From Podarcis erhardii (taxonomy: Eukaryota): DNA of 64,000 nt. A model generated the notes under the pieces. The model saw nothing but the letters and a program-made list of their open reading frames with translations, made no database searches and was not told where the DNA came from. Position 1 is the first letter of the stretch. Each line of letters starts with the position of its first letter. Location of the stretch: assembly GCA_964252035.1 (NCBI GenBank), contig OZ176205.1, one strand, 5' to 3'. This document shows positions 11,201-64,000 of this stretch, in pieces. Both the position numbers and the translations under genes were made by a program.

Positions 11201-14200
11201 GGGATGAGCTCTCAAACTCCTCATGCTGGAGTTGTTTGTACCATGTTGCCATATCGGAGAATCCCTTCACACCCTTTAAACCTTTCTACTATCTCTCAGT
11301 CACAACCTGAAATTCTGCATTTGTTACTTACTTTCAAATAGCTCCCCTCTTGTTGAATTGACATGAGCACAGGCCATGGCTCCCTTTGTTCTGCCTAGAA
11401 CTGGGTGGTCCAATAAATGGCCTGAGGGCTGCATGTAGCCCTCAAGGCCTGTTTTGTTGGCACGGGGCAACATTTGACACCCTCCCCAGCCCTCATGCTG
11501 CCTTCCCAAAGCCAGATAAGCAAGGCACTAGGCTTAGCGAAGGAGGTGTAAAGGATCTGGCAGGGTCTTAAAGGCCTCCTGTCTCCTACCCAAAGGTTCT
11601 GTGTCAAACTACTTTTGTGGTCTACCTTGGTATGGAAAATTGGACCTCATTGGGCTCTTTAGTCCAGCTTGTTTTTTCTTTTAGGCTTCTATTCATTCCA
11701 GCTACTGGGTGGTTTTGTGACCCAGCACTGCCACCAACTGGTCTTCTCTTGTCCTTGTCAGCCCAAAGACTGGGGATGAACAAGACTTATAGTTGTATGT
11801 TTTCTGCTTCACAGGAACCAAGATTGTGCCATCGCTAAATACAGCCCTCATGTGGTCACCTTTGCACTGAAGGCAAATGCTGGCAATAGTCAGTCTTCAT
11901 CTGGGAGCAGTGCCCTAATCAGGTAAGACTGAAGGAAGCTGCAGCCTCCACACAATGAGCTTCTGGGCTGTGACTTGTTCTTACCCGGAACACCATGAAC
12001 TGTATCATCACAGGAGGTCTCAGAATCCAGGACTGATTTTGTCTGTAGGAAGCCCAACACCACAGAGTGCCATATGCCATAGACTTAGAAACCTAGCAGC
12101 GATAGGTTCTTTTTGCATCTTGATTTCTGGAGAGTCAATTTCCCTTCTTTTTTGTTCTATGAATTTAAGGAGTTTTTTTGGCTCCTGTTTGTTTGTAGTG
12201 TGATGACAAGGTTGAAATGTCTTGTTTTAATTTACCAATTTTTGAGGAAGTTTGTTTTTTAAGGGATGTCCTCTCCTTTATGTAAGCTCCTCTGATGACC
12301 ACTTTCATTGTGTCCCAGAGAAGGGGGATTGCAATGTCGTCTACATCGTTGTCCTTAAAGTAGTTTTGGAGAGTTTTCAAGAGACTCTCTAGGTAGTTTG
12401 TTTGTGGTTAGGATGGGGCTGAAGGACCATGATTGGGTAGTTTATGCTTCCTCTCCTGTTAGGAGGGTTGCTTCTACTGGGGCATGGTCTGTGATTTTAA
12501 TGTTCTGTGTCTGAGTCCTAAGAAGCATGCTAGTTCGGTTTGATGAATCCCTGTCCTGTGACAGCCATACAGAGAGGATGGGAGTACAACTCATTGAAAG
12601 AGACTAGGGGTCCTGGAAAGAAAATGACTGACATCCCCAACCAAATTCTGTTACCTGATCCTTGTGCCAGTGTCCCATTCAAGCTTTGTTTAGTGCAGGA
12701 ATGCCCAGTTGCAGGCATCAAGCCCGTCTGGTCACAGGAAAATGCAAGTCTCACCCAATTTCTGTTTCCTTAGGCCATTATTCTCCAGAACCGCTAATCT
12801 GGAATCCTTCTGTAATAAACTGAATATTGCCCATATCAGTGAGGTAGCCTCTCAACTTCGGTAAGTTTTTGCTCTTTTAGGTTTTTTACTTGCACAAATA
12901 TTGTAAGAGGGAAGAAGGCACAAGAGGGTTACAGGTATCCGTTGCAGGTGTCTGGAAGGCAGATATAACAGAAGACCTTGTGTCTGAGAACAGTAAACTC
13001 ACTGCAGAGACAGAAGGGAAGCTGGGGATGGCATTGTGTGAAAATGTGTGCAGATGGACCCAAGCAGCTTGTATTCTACCTTCTAACTCTCCCCATCAGC
13101 TGTCTCCCAGTCTGGCCTATACCACAATCATGAAGACAAGGAGGGGCAAGAGTCTCTTTCCAAACTTCCTCTGGGTACAGATATAGTTTCTATGGCACAT
13201 TTTGCTCTGTGTAATTGCAAGGAGTGAAGCAGATGAAACAACAGTTGTGACAGAACTTGGTGGGAAGGGCATAGCATAAAAAGGTGGGAACCTCAAGAGA
13301 AGGTCAAGAAGCAACACAGGAGTGTGGTGTCTAAGCCATACATAGTCTTGGCTCCCAGTGCAATCTCCAGTGGGGAACACACAAAGGGCTTTGTAAAGAT
13401 TCTTCCATCTTGTGCCACTGGGCATCCTACATATTCCAGGCAGTATGGCGTTATTGAAGGGAGCTTGCTCAAGTCCACCCCAAGAAATGCCAGAAAGTGT
13501 TCACCAGCCAGGAACTTGGGGAACTCTGAACAAGGAGAACAGCAGAGTACAAAACAAGGTTTAGAAACACTGTCGGCATTAGAGATACTTGTGCCTAGTT
13601 ACGAACTGCTTCAAAGTAGTGTGGTTTTCTCATCCCTAGCAACATGAGCTGCCATTGCAAGCAGATGGTGGCTATCCTCACATCTAACTTTCATTTGAAT
13701 TGCCAGCCCCTACATTGGGAACGTAAACAAAAAGTGAGGAAGATGTGGAGACACCAAGTCTGCAATGCTGGCAATTGCTTTCTGTCCCAAATGTATCACC
13801 TCCTTTGGGTCTCACTGGCTGTACTATTTTTTCTAGAACCTTGCTAGAGGATGAGTGCTGTGATCTGGAAAGATACATCCCCTATTTACAGGTAAGGGCT
13901 GAACCTTTCTCATCTCAAGGAGGGTCTCTAGAGTTCCTCATAAGCAGTGTTTCTCCCATGCACTTCCAAGCATCTGCTTCAAGTTTTGGTCAATAGGTCT
14001 GTGAGACTGGTTTTTGTTGCAGCTTGGGTGGAGCATCTGCGGCAACATTTCCTCAGCCCTTCTAGACTATTGTGTAAGAACAGAGGCAAGGCTCTGTGGG
14101 ATCTGACCAAAGCCCCATCTAGTCTAGCACCCTGTTCTCACAGATGCTTATAGTAAATTTGCATGCAGGATATCCCCACGGCAAGTCATCTAAGTTGGCA

Positions 14201-16371
14201 CCCATCCCTATATCTCATGGGGGCAACTTCCATAGTTACTTTTGTTTGTCCTGAATGTTGCAACCATCTTCTTCATTGGATGGACCCAAGTTCTAGTATT
14301 ACCGCTCTCATGTCTTCTCTCCTGCCCACGTACATAGGAGCTTGGTCTCAGAGCTGTACCTACAAAGCTGTTCCCATGGCTATGGCAGCCTGGGTTAGAA
14401 CAGAGTGTGGGCAGGCCTAGGGTCAGAACTCTTGAGAGGAGTGACAAGGGTGTTTGGCTTCCATACCAGTTCTACAACTGCCCAAATAGCTAGCTTTTTT
14501 GTTTCCTTCCCAAATCTGGGGGACAGGGAGGGGCTGAGGAGTGAGTGGCAGGAAAACTGTTATGATGATTTGGATGTGAAAACACCATTACATTGGGCTG
14601 CAGGACTGCTGCAAGAGTACTTCCTGTCACCAGTGTCTGATGATGATGATTATTTATTAAAAAACACACCTTTGCAGCAGTACACCCATAGTGCTGAGAG
14701 CTGCCAAGTTATGAAATCACAGTGACTTGTGACTGTGGAATCAGGGTCAAAAGAATTGTAGAACTGCAGTTGGAATGATCATCTAATCCCAATGAATCTG
14801 CTCCAACCTCCAACAATGTAGGCTACGCACTGCTAGAGCATCCCTGAGAAGTGGCCATTTAGCCTCTGCTTAAAAACCTCTAACAAATGAGAGCCTATTA
14901 AGTCAGCCCACTAAGTTTCTATTTTCCAGAAGAATATGAAAAGAGCATCATCAGCTGAAGGGACTGGATATGCTGGTGCCTCTCCATTAGCTTTCTGCAG
15001 CAACTGGGGCAACTAGAAGGCTGGGAGGAAAAGTAAAGTATTTAATACGGGAAGACATTCCAACACGAGGAAAACTTGTAAGCAGAGACATGTACATCTT
15101 TAAGAGAAATGGTATAGTTAAAGGAGCAGCTTCTTTCTTCTGTGTTGTGTTTCCTATAGCATTTTTTATGTTCCACAGTGCCAACTGGAAGAGGCGCATC
15201 ACCATGTTACAGAGCTGCTAGAGGCAACACATGAGCCCACCATGGCTGGTATGCAGAACCCGAGTCTCGGATAAGGCCAGGCTGGGAATTGGGGAAGGGA
15301 TGCAGCATCATGGTGCCTATACACATCATCTTTAGGCAGGTGTTGCCAAGGAGTGGCGTTTGCAGTGGGGCATGGTCTCTTTGTGAGTGCCAGCCCCAAT
15401 GCTCTTCATGATTGTTGCTTCCCCCAACCCCCATGAAACAGGGTCTTCTTTCCACAGAATTACAAGAGGAGAAGCGCGCCATGGAACGGGATTTGCAGCT
15501 AAGCCAGCCTAAGCCAGGCACCAGCCCTTCCCTGATGTCGAAACATCTTGGGAGTAGCAGCTACCAGCCGCAATTCAGGTGAGCCTGCAGGCACCAAAGC
15601 TATGATACCATGAAACTGCATAATATTATAACTGAGGGGTAGCTGTCAAACTGGCGCCTGCAGCAGAGAGGTCCAAGCATAGTTCAGGGTTGGTTTATTA
15701 TTCTATGGCAGGGGTCACCATGCAGTGCCCTCCAAGTGGGGCTGTTGGGAGTCTAACATCTAGAGGGGGCATCTTGTTGGCTCTTTGTGCTGTATGGTCT
15801 CTAGCATACCTGCCATATTTTAAGTAAAAATTCTGGAGTTTGTTCTGTGCAGGACCCATTAGTTCTGCTGTAGTGACTAAGGCTCTTCTGTCCTTGATGC
15901 TTTACATAGAAAGATGCTTGGGCAACAACACCTGCTTCTTGGTAACCCCTTCCTTTCCTTTCCTTTCCTTTCCTTTCCTTTCCTTTCCTTTCCTTTCGCA
16001 GTGGCTTAAGAGGCTCGGCAAAAGGACCAAGCTTTGGAGAGATCAGTCCGGCTTCTTCACCAGCTCTCAGAGACCAGACTTCTCCTTTATGCTATCAGGC
16101 ACTACCCCGGCGGGGCCACTCAGCACGAGGGTCCTATGGATGGCCGCAGCGAGATGGTGAGGAACCCAACCATGCCAGGAAGGACAATGATGTTCTGTTG
16201 CCCAGACCTGTGCTGTCAGTGCCTCTGAAAGGGGGCAGGATTGCTTCAGCCTGCGGGCTGGCAGTAGCAGGGTTGGACCATGTCTTCCACCCCATGCCTC
16301 CTACAGAGCCATGCCCAGTGCCCCGCTTCTGCCCTCGCACTCGGCTGCTGCGATGCAAAGGACCCAGCTAG
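8108..16371 (+). CDS. CCDC24: Coiled-coil domain-containing protein 24; join(8108..8263,10020..10204,11815..11922,12774..12860,13837..13891,15179..15248,15458..15578,16002..16371), 383 aa
   Basis: Motifs PSLWxxVEE..ER.E.K.ILG...V..SLELHAE, LAAPPNLKELVREEIRLLLIGLQQKA..EGR, YSP.V..FAL, LN...I.EVA..LR, LLEDEC..LE, EPTMAELQEEKRAMERDLQ match human CCDC24 from memory. All introns GT-AG with compatible phases; 1152 bp total; position next to SLC6A9 is syntenic. Confidence 0.9.
10020..10204 (+). CDS. CCDC24: CCDC24 coding exon 2
   Basis: tttacAG|GTG; VRTLLELHQE...QKASQEG; AG|GTACTG. Confidence 0.9.
11815..11922 (+). CDS. CCDC24: CCDC24 coding exon 3
   Basis: cttcacAG|; NQDCAIAKYSPHVVTFALK..; AG|GTAAGA; 108 bp. 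Confidence 0.85.
12095..12400 (-). mobile_element. L1/Tx1-type LINE ORF2 fragment
   Basis: YFKDNDVDDIAIPLLWDTMKVVIRGAYI.. resembles the post-endonuclease LWDxxKAVIRG motif of L1 ORF2; continues with frameshifts. Confidence 0.75.
12774..12860 (+). CDS. CCDC24: CCDC24 coding exon 4
   Basis: tttccttAG|; PLFSRTANLESFCNKLNIAHISEVASQLR; CG|GTAAGT; 87 bp. Confidence 0.85.
13837..13891 (+). CDS. CCDC24: CCDC24 coding exon 5
   Basis: ttttttctAG|; TLLEDECCDLERYIPYLQ; CAG|GTAAGG; 55 bp. Confidence 0.88.
14750..14900 (-). mobile_element. Degraded CR1 LINE 3' fragment
   Basis: agaattgtagaa..gatcatctaatcc.. and tggccatttagcctctgcttaaaaacctc resemble squamate CR1 3' sequence. Confidence 0.5.
15179..15248 (+). 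CDS. CCDC24: CCDC24 coding exon 6
   Basis: ttccacAG|; CQLEEAHHHVTELLEATHEPTMA; G|GTATGC; 70 bp. Confidence 0.85.
15458..15578 (+). CDS. CCDC24: CCDC24 coding exon 7
   Basis: tttccacAG|; ELQEEKRAMERDLQ..; AG|GTGAGC; 121 bp. Confidence 0.85.
15951..15995 (+). repeat. (TCCTT)9 microsatellite forming the polypyrimidine tract of the last CCDC24 intron
   Basis: Pentamer repeat ends 6 bp before the acceptor at 16001/16002. Confidence 0.95.
16002..16371 (+). CDS. CCDC24: CCDC24 last coding exon (ends PRFCPRTRLLRCKGPS*)
   Basis: Acceptor tttcgcAG, open in the required phase for 122 codons to TAG 16369-16371. Confidence 0.75.
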
Positions 16372-16758
16372 GGAATGGAGAGTTGCCGCCTTCCCTTAAG
16401 TACCCTATTTCCCGCTCCCATGCTGCAGAGTCTTCAAGGGACCTAGCCCTGCAGCATCCTGTGCCTCAAGAGTTGCTGCGGTTGCCTTTTGCTCATCCTT
16501 GTGAACAGGGTCAATGGGATTCCAGGGAAAGCGAAAAGGCAAAGAAATGCATACACACAACTTCCCCCAACCCATGAATGCAGATAAACTACTTGCAAGT
16601 GGGACCCATGCCAGTGAGATGCTTCTTCTCCTTCTTGTCCACAACACAGGACAGTGGGCCTTGTGGCAGTGAGGCTGTGAACCCAACCCCACACCTTCCC
16701 CATTCCTCCACGCACACCAAAGAACTGTACCACCCAAGGTTCAGGAATATAAATTTCA

Positions 16759-16764
16759 TTAAAA
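16759..16764 (+). terminator. Candidate CCDC24 polyA signal ATTAAA (another at 16902-16907)
   Basis: Variant hexamer ~390 bp after the stop. Confidence 0.35.
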
Positions 16765-17552
16765 TCTATCAGACTTTAAAAATCTACAACTGGAAGAGTC
16801 ACAGTATGGGAGACGCGTCACAATTATTGCTATGAACAATGAGGCGGCAATGCTAGCTGCCGCCTTCGACACAGGAGGAAAGGACAGACACGGAACCATG
16901 CATTAAATAGTGCAGCCTCGGCGCAGAGGAGGGAAGGTCTGGGGGCTTGCGGCTTAGGGCAAATGTACCATCATGGCATGGAGCCATCTGTCCCCCCTCT
17001 CCCTCTTAACTGCTCACGATGCAGACGTTTGGCACTTGAACGCTGGCTGCTATGCCCATGCCACCGGCTGGAGCAGGTACCACGTGGGTAGGAGCCAGGT
17101 GTGCCCTTGCTGTTGGCACCATGGCTACACCGCAGCAATCGTGCACGGCTGGGAGCTGAGGGGTGCCCCCCGACATGCACTGTTTGGCATTGGTTAAGTG
17201 AATTGGCATCGGGGTACAAGACAGGATTGTGGCTGCCGGGGTCTCCTGTCTCCTCCACCCAGGCGTTTCTAGGGGGTAAAGTGCAGGCGGCAACACTGAC
17301 ATGGAAACACGGGACGGTGAGGCCGGAAGACGGAACCATTAGTACCTCCTACCCATCTGAGGCAGCACAGGCCCTGCTTTGTGTTAGGGAGAAAAGCCTT
17401 GGAGCTGGAGGCGGGGCTGGTGCCTATGGCCAACTTCTCCAAAGCTTCACCATGAAGCTAGCAGCTTCTGCCCCCACCACTAGTGGAGAAGTGGGCCACA
17501 TGGAACCCAGGCCTGGCCAGGATAGCCTTTAGGGAAGCTTGTGCTTTTGCTC

Positions 17553-17576
17553 TGTGTGTGTGTGTGTGTGTGTGTG
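17553..17576. repeat. (TG)12 microsatellite
   Basis: Direct reading. Confidence 0.95.
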
Positions 17577-17721
17577 TCTTTCCCACCTGCAATGGTGTGG
17601 GCAGGACTTGGCACATCATCTGCTCTTAGCACCATGGTTGGCTCTGTCCCTTTCCCTGTAGGATAGGGCAGAGCTAGGTCCCAATGGTCTCTTACCTTTG
17701 TGGAGACCCCATTCAAATTAA

Positions 17722-17727
17722 TTTATT
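17722..17727 (-). terminator. Candidate SLC6A9 polyA signal AATAAA
   Basis: TTTATT on + strand, 1.2 kb downstream of the SLC6A9 stop. Confidence 0.5.
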
Positions 17728-18923
17728 CCCTTTAGGGGAAGAGTGTAGAAAAGTGCTTCAGAATAACAGGCTTGGGGGAGCATCCAGAAGATGCTGTCTA
17801 GACCAGGAATGCACACCTGGGCAAAATCTGTCCAGTGGGCTGCATGTGCTGCCCAGAGTCTGTGGCACTGCCCAAGATGTCTATCATGGTAATACGGTGC
17901 ATCCAGCCTCTCAGCTGTCGCTTTTTCTATTTGTGAGAGATGCTGTTTGCTTATGTTTCACTCTGCAGGTGTGCGATTCTGGATTGTGTGCAAATAAGGC
18001 TCAATATTAAGATCAGGAGGGAGACAAGTGCATATTTTTGTTCATGGAGTTGTGATCCTCCCATGCTCTTGCAACCCAATTAAAGAGAGCTCTCCTGCCC
18101 CCTACCCACCCACCCCAATCATTAACCTGCCAAATTCAATACCTAGTTTCTAGCAGGAACGTTTCTTATCATGGGAGGCCATGGCGAGAAGTGCAAATTG
18201 GTAAGTGCTGGGGAAGCTAGCTTTCCTTTCCTAGGTGGGGAAGCTGGGAAGGTCTGTGCAGTGGTTGGGGGGGGGGAGGTGCAGTCTTAAGTGCATCTCT
18301 GGAAAAGCCCTCGCAGGGGCAACAGCCTAGCTGAAGGCTGCCTAGCCTGTGGCCAAGCGATGCCTAGAATGTCAGGACTAACATTTACAATTAAAACCAA
18401 CCCTCTTGCCCTCCCCCTCCCCCCACCCCAACCCCCCATTTGCTTATCTGTGGGGCCAGTCCCCAGGGCCCTGATCCAGGGCAGTATGGGGCATACCACC
18501 CCCATTAGATACCAGACCCCCTGGGCCCAGGTGCAGCTGCCAGAATCCACCCCCAAAGGGGTTGCTGAGCCAGCGAGGCTCCCACCGACCCTCCTCCTGG
18601 TGCCCTTTCCCAAGGCACCCCCAACGGTTCAGCCAGTGCACACCCTCCCCACCCCTGACCCTGGTCCTGGTTGCGAATTGGGGCCATCCGAACGTGACTG
18701 TAAACATGAGGGTTACAAGATGGCACGGGGGCACTAATGAGGTGGGTGGGGTTGGAACTCACAGCCCCTCCCCCAGAGTCCGGCGCAGCCCGGGAGCCAG
18801 GGCTCCCCCACCCAGTGGGGGGGCGCTGTCATATATCTGAGCAGAGTAGGGTTTGGAGAACCAGGGCAGGTGGGAGAGGGGAGGTGCAAGGAGGGCTCCC
18901 TGCCCTGCCTCCCAGGCTCATGT

Positions 18924-60736
<41,813 letters not shown>

Positions 60737-60918
60737 GGTTGGGGGCCGTGATGTGAGCGCCCAGCTGCCCACTGTCCGTCTTGATGGCTAGGCTTCCCAG
60801 GCTACACAGAGAGCTCAGACAGAAGCGCAAATTAGACCAAAGAGACAGGAAGCTGTGGAGAATAAAACGGGCTTTGGTTAGAGAAAATGAAACAAGAGAA
60901 GACTCCTGTCCTCTAAAT

Positions 60919-61347
60919 TAGGGGTGACAAAACTTTTTTGGGGAGAGGTTCAAAGGCCGCATTCACTCCTGGCCAGTCCTGCAGGGGCCACATACTAATG
61001 GTGGGTGTGGCCTAAAGTTATTGCAGTCACCTCACATTTGCGCGCGCGCGCGCACACGCACACACACAGAGCTCCCCTCTCCAGCAGATCAATGTGGAAG
61101 GAGGGGGTTATTCCTCATCTCTGCTCATCAAATGATTGATCTGATGACCACAGAATGAGAGATTTGCATCCCCATCAGGGTGCTGAGCAGAGAGCTTGAA
61201 CCCTCCCTGACCACTCAAGTTCTGTGTCTACTTTACTTCATCCACACCAGCACTACTTTTTTGCCACTGCCATCAAAATTAGGGGCGGGGGAGGTGGTTT
61301 GGGAAGGTGGCTGGATCAGGCCTCTGGGCCAGGGGTAGTTACCCCTG
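60919..61347. mobile_element. 429-bp non-autonomous hAT element
   Basis: Perfect TSD CTCTAAAT (60911-60918, 61348-61355); termini TAGGGGTGAC / GTTACCCCTG. Confidence 0.8.
61039..61068. repeat. (GC)n(CA)n alternating purine-pyrimidine tract
   Basis: tgcgcgcgcgcgcgcacacgcacacacaca. Confidence 0.9.
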
Positions 61348-63351
61348 CTCTAAATATTCAATGAGGGGAACACACACACAAACACACGTGACCAAGACTG
61401 GTGCATTTGCAAGGACCATCTCTTTTTACAGCAAAAATTATGTTGCCGTTTCCCAGTCTACATTCAGCATATGCCCAAAGATGGTAAAATGAGAGCAGGG
61501 CTGGGAGAGGATGCAGAGTTTGGGTTAACAGGCACTTATATCTGCCCCATCATTTCTGGTTCCTTCAGCCCATTGCCATCTCTGAAGCGGGAAGAAGCTG
61601 CAAGAATCACACACGTGGCTGCAAAGAGCGTAGCCAGTGCTCAGGGCAGGGGAAGTCTTCAGGGCAACAAACACGCACAGGGGCACAGCTGCCACTGAGG
61701 ACACAGATGGGAGGCAATTGCCTTCCACCCTGGTGCACCTAGTCACGTGCCAGGTCAGCTCTGCCATTGTGCTAGAGACCAGGTGGTACTGCCAGGCAGT
61801 GAAAAAGGGACAGCCATGGTGTCTGTGTGTCTGTCTGTGGCAGGGAAAGGCATCGCCCGAGATAGTTTGTAAGACATCGGTGACAAAAGTGCATTGGTTG
61901 TTGGTCATGAAGGGGGCAGAGCATGAAAGGTTGCCTCTATAAACTGTAGCACATGGGGAACAGGGTGGATGGGGAGAGGACAGGGTGGGTACTTAGAGGG
62001 ACCTTGCTGGTGGCTGAGCCTGAGCCAGTGAGATAAGGAGCTGAATGAAGTGTGCAAGCTCTTCTCTACTGTCTCACACAAAGGGGACGCAAATTCCGAG
62101 TCATTTTTGTCTCTTCTGCGATGACTCAACTCCAGATAAGGTGACTTGGAGAAAGCAAACCTGAATTGACTTTTGTTCAGACCCTCAACTCAAATGGCCC
62201 AGCTTCATGTTAAATGCCAGGGGTCAAATACGCCATGGAGACTGTATACCAACCACCCAAAATGCACGCAGCAATTGGTAGTGTTAAAAATTCTTTTTAA
62301 TGTACTATCACTGCACTTAGCCGCCACTCCAAGGATGTGGCTACTGTAAGGAAAGGGTTCTGGTAATTCTGTCTTCTCAGCTCCTAGCAGATCTATCTGA
62401 GCATCCACTTCTGCCTGTGCCTTCCAATGGTGGGCCCCAGGTGCCCTCCCCCCCCAGGGGGCTGACCTAGCTGCATCAGACATTTCTGGTCACCAGGGAG
62501 GAAACATCACCTCATTCTCTTCACCTGGTCTCCAGCTAGGGGAATGTGCACATGTAAGCATGAATACCAGAGTCCTGGTCTTCTCTTTACTTCCATAATA
62601 TACTTGGCTCTGAGTACCAGGGTAAACTGGCGCTGAAAGCAGAACTCGGCAACAAGAAAGTAGACACAGACTGTCATTCAGTCTCTCTAAATTATTGAAT
62701 TAAAATTCAGAACCCAAATTCGGGAACACTAACGACTAAATAAATAACATCAGGACCCCAGGATCTGTGATCGAATATAAATTATGAAAACCAATATAAT
62801 TAAGCAAATTAAGCAGCTTGGGTTTTTGCAAATGTAGAACAGGGCAAAAGAGAGAGGTGTTTATAAATAACATGGTGGACTCACTAGTTTGGTTGAAATG
62901 CAGCGAGCCATGGGGTTGGGTGGGGGGACAGCGCTTCATTTCAGCTTCAGGACAAGGCTAGATCCTTTTGCTTGACATTCTATGGATGCTAATTGTATTC
63001 AGCAAGCAATAAAGCTGAACAAATTGTGCTTCACTTCCTGTGAACAGGACTGTGAACACAAAACTGGGTCCTGGATATCTTATTGTGAGACAACCACTAA
63101 ACAGCTGGCACATTCACTACAGAAAAACAGAAGGTGGTCACTGCCATTTTTTTTTTTCAATTCTCCAGGACAGAGGTGGCAACCTCAATACCACAGGGCA
63201 CGTTTGGTTCCTGGACACTTGAAAGGGCAGCTCCTGAATAGTTAAAGACAGTGAACTGGAACAGATGCGTCATGAGTATGAGCACACAGACTTGCCTCTC
63301 ATCCCATTTCTTCCATCAACTATTTTCTCATGGATTAGTTAAAATATATTC

Positions 63352-63548
63352 ATTTTTTATTTTTATTAATTAAATTTCACACCACCCTTCATCCAAAGAT
63401 CACAGGATTGTTTACAATATAAAAACACAAAAATGTATAACATAATGACAAAAACAATAACACCCCCACCCCCCGTTTAAAAGGCTTTAATTAGCCAAAG
63501 GCCTGAAAGAAGAGAAATGTTTTTTGCTTGGCACCCAAAAATATGCCA
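63352..63548 (-). mobile_element. L2-type LINE 3' end
   Basis: tttatt..aaatttcacaccacccttcatccaaagatcacagg..ttagccaaaggcctg..ttttttgcttggcacc. Confidence 0.7.
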
Positions 63549-64000
63549 TTCTTTGGAGACATGATTATATTCATACTTAATATTGTATATTTTTCAAAGC
63601 ACTTTACACACACTGTCAGTTGCCCTTACAACAGCCATCTAGGGTACTCTGTATTATTAGCCCTGTACTGCAGACTGGAGAAAAATATGTCTCGTCCAAC
63701 ATCCTCTACCAAATCCATAGCAGAGGGGATATTTAACAAGGGACTTCCTGGTTCAAAGCTTAGTCATTTAGTTACTACACTGTGCTGTGTTGGGAGCTGG
63801 TCAGTGAAATCCCTGCCCTGGAACTTGTGTAGAAATGAATTCTCTCTACCACAAGAATAAGTTTCAAAGCTTTACTGCAGAACCATCTTAAACACTAGTT
63901 AAAATAAGATAAACATTGCAAAATAACAAAAGTAATACATTGGAAATGGGGTCCAGTCCTTTATGCAGTTCAGTAAACATTTCTCTCTCTGAACCCAGAG

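Overview
Vertebrate genomic DNA from a squamate reptile, probably a lacertid lizard (Sauria SINE, other squamate tRNA-SINEs, Bov-B, L2, CR1, Penelope-like and hAT MITE repeats). By gene order it matches the human 1p34 block B4GALT2-CCDC24-SLC6A9. Three spliced protein-coding genes were reconstructed by hand with in-frame splice junctions. (1) A 3-coding-exon secreted von Willebrand factor C (Brorin/VWC2/VWC2L-family) gene on the minus strand (2098-5916); I know of no mammalian counterpart at this locus and it looks like a third family member. (2) CCDC24 on the plus strand (8 coding exons, 8108-16371, 383 aa), head-to-head with the VWC gene across one CpG island. (3) SLC6A9/GlyT1 on the minus strand (13 coding exons, 18924-60736, 636 aa GlyT1a form), with a GC-AG intron, a 33-kb intron and a candidate extra exon at 33270 (alternative first exon or 24-nt microexon). 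The non-coding first exon of GlyT1a probably lies beyond the right edge. The first ~1.4 kb may be the 3' UTR of the upstream gene. Most other ORFs in the track are spurious, and many start at GTG/TTG rather than ATG. Statements about human proteins and gene structures are from memory and need database confirmation.
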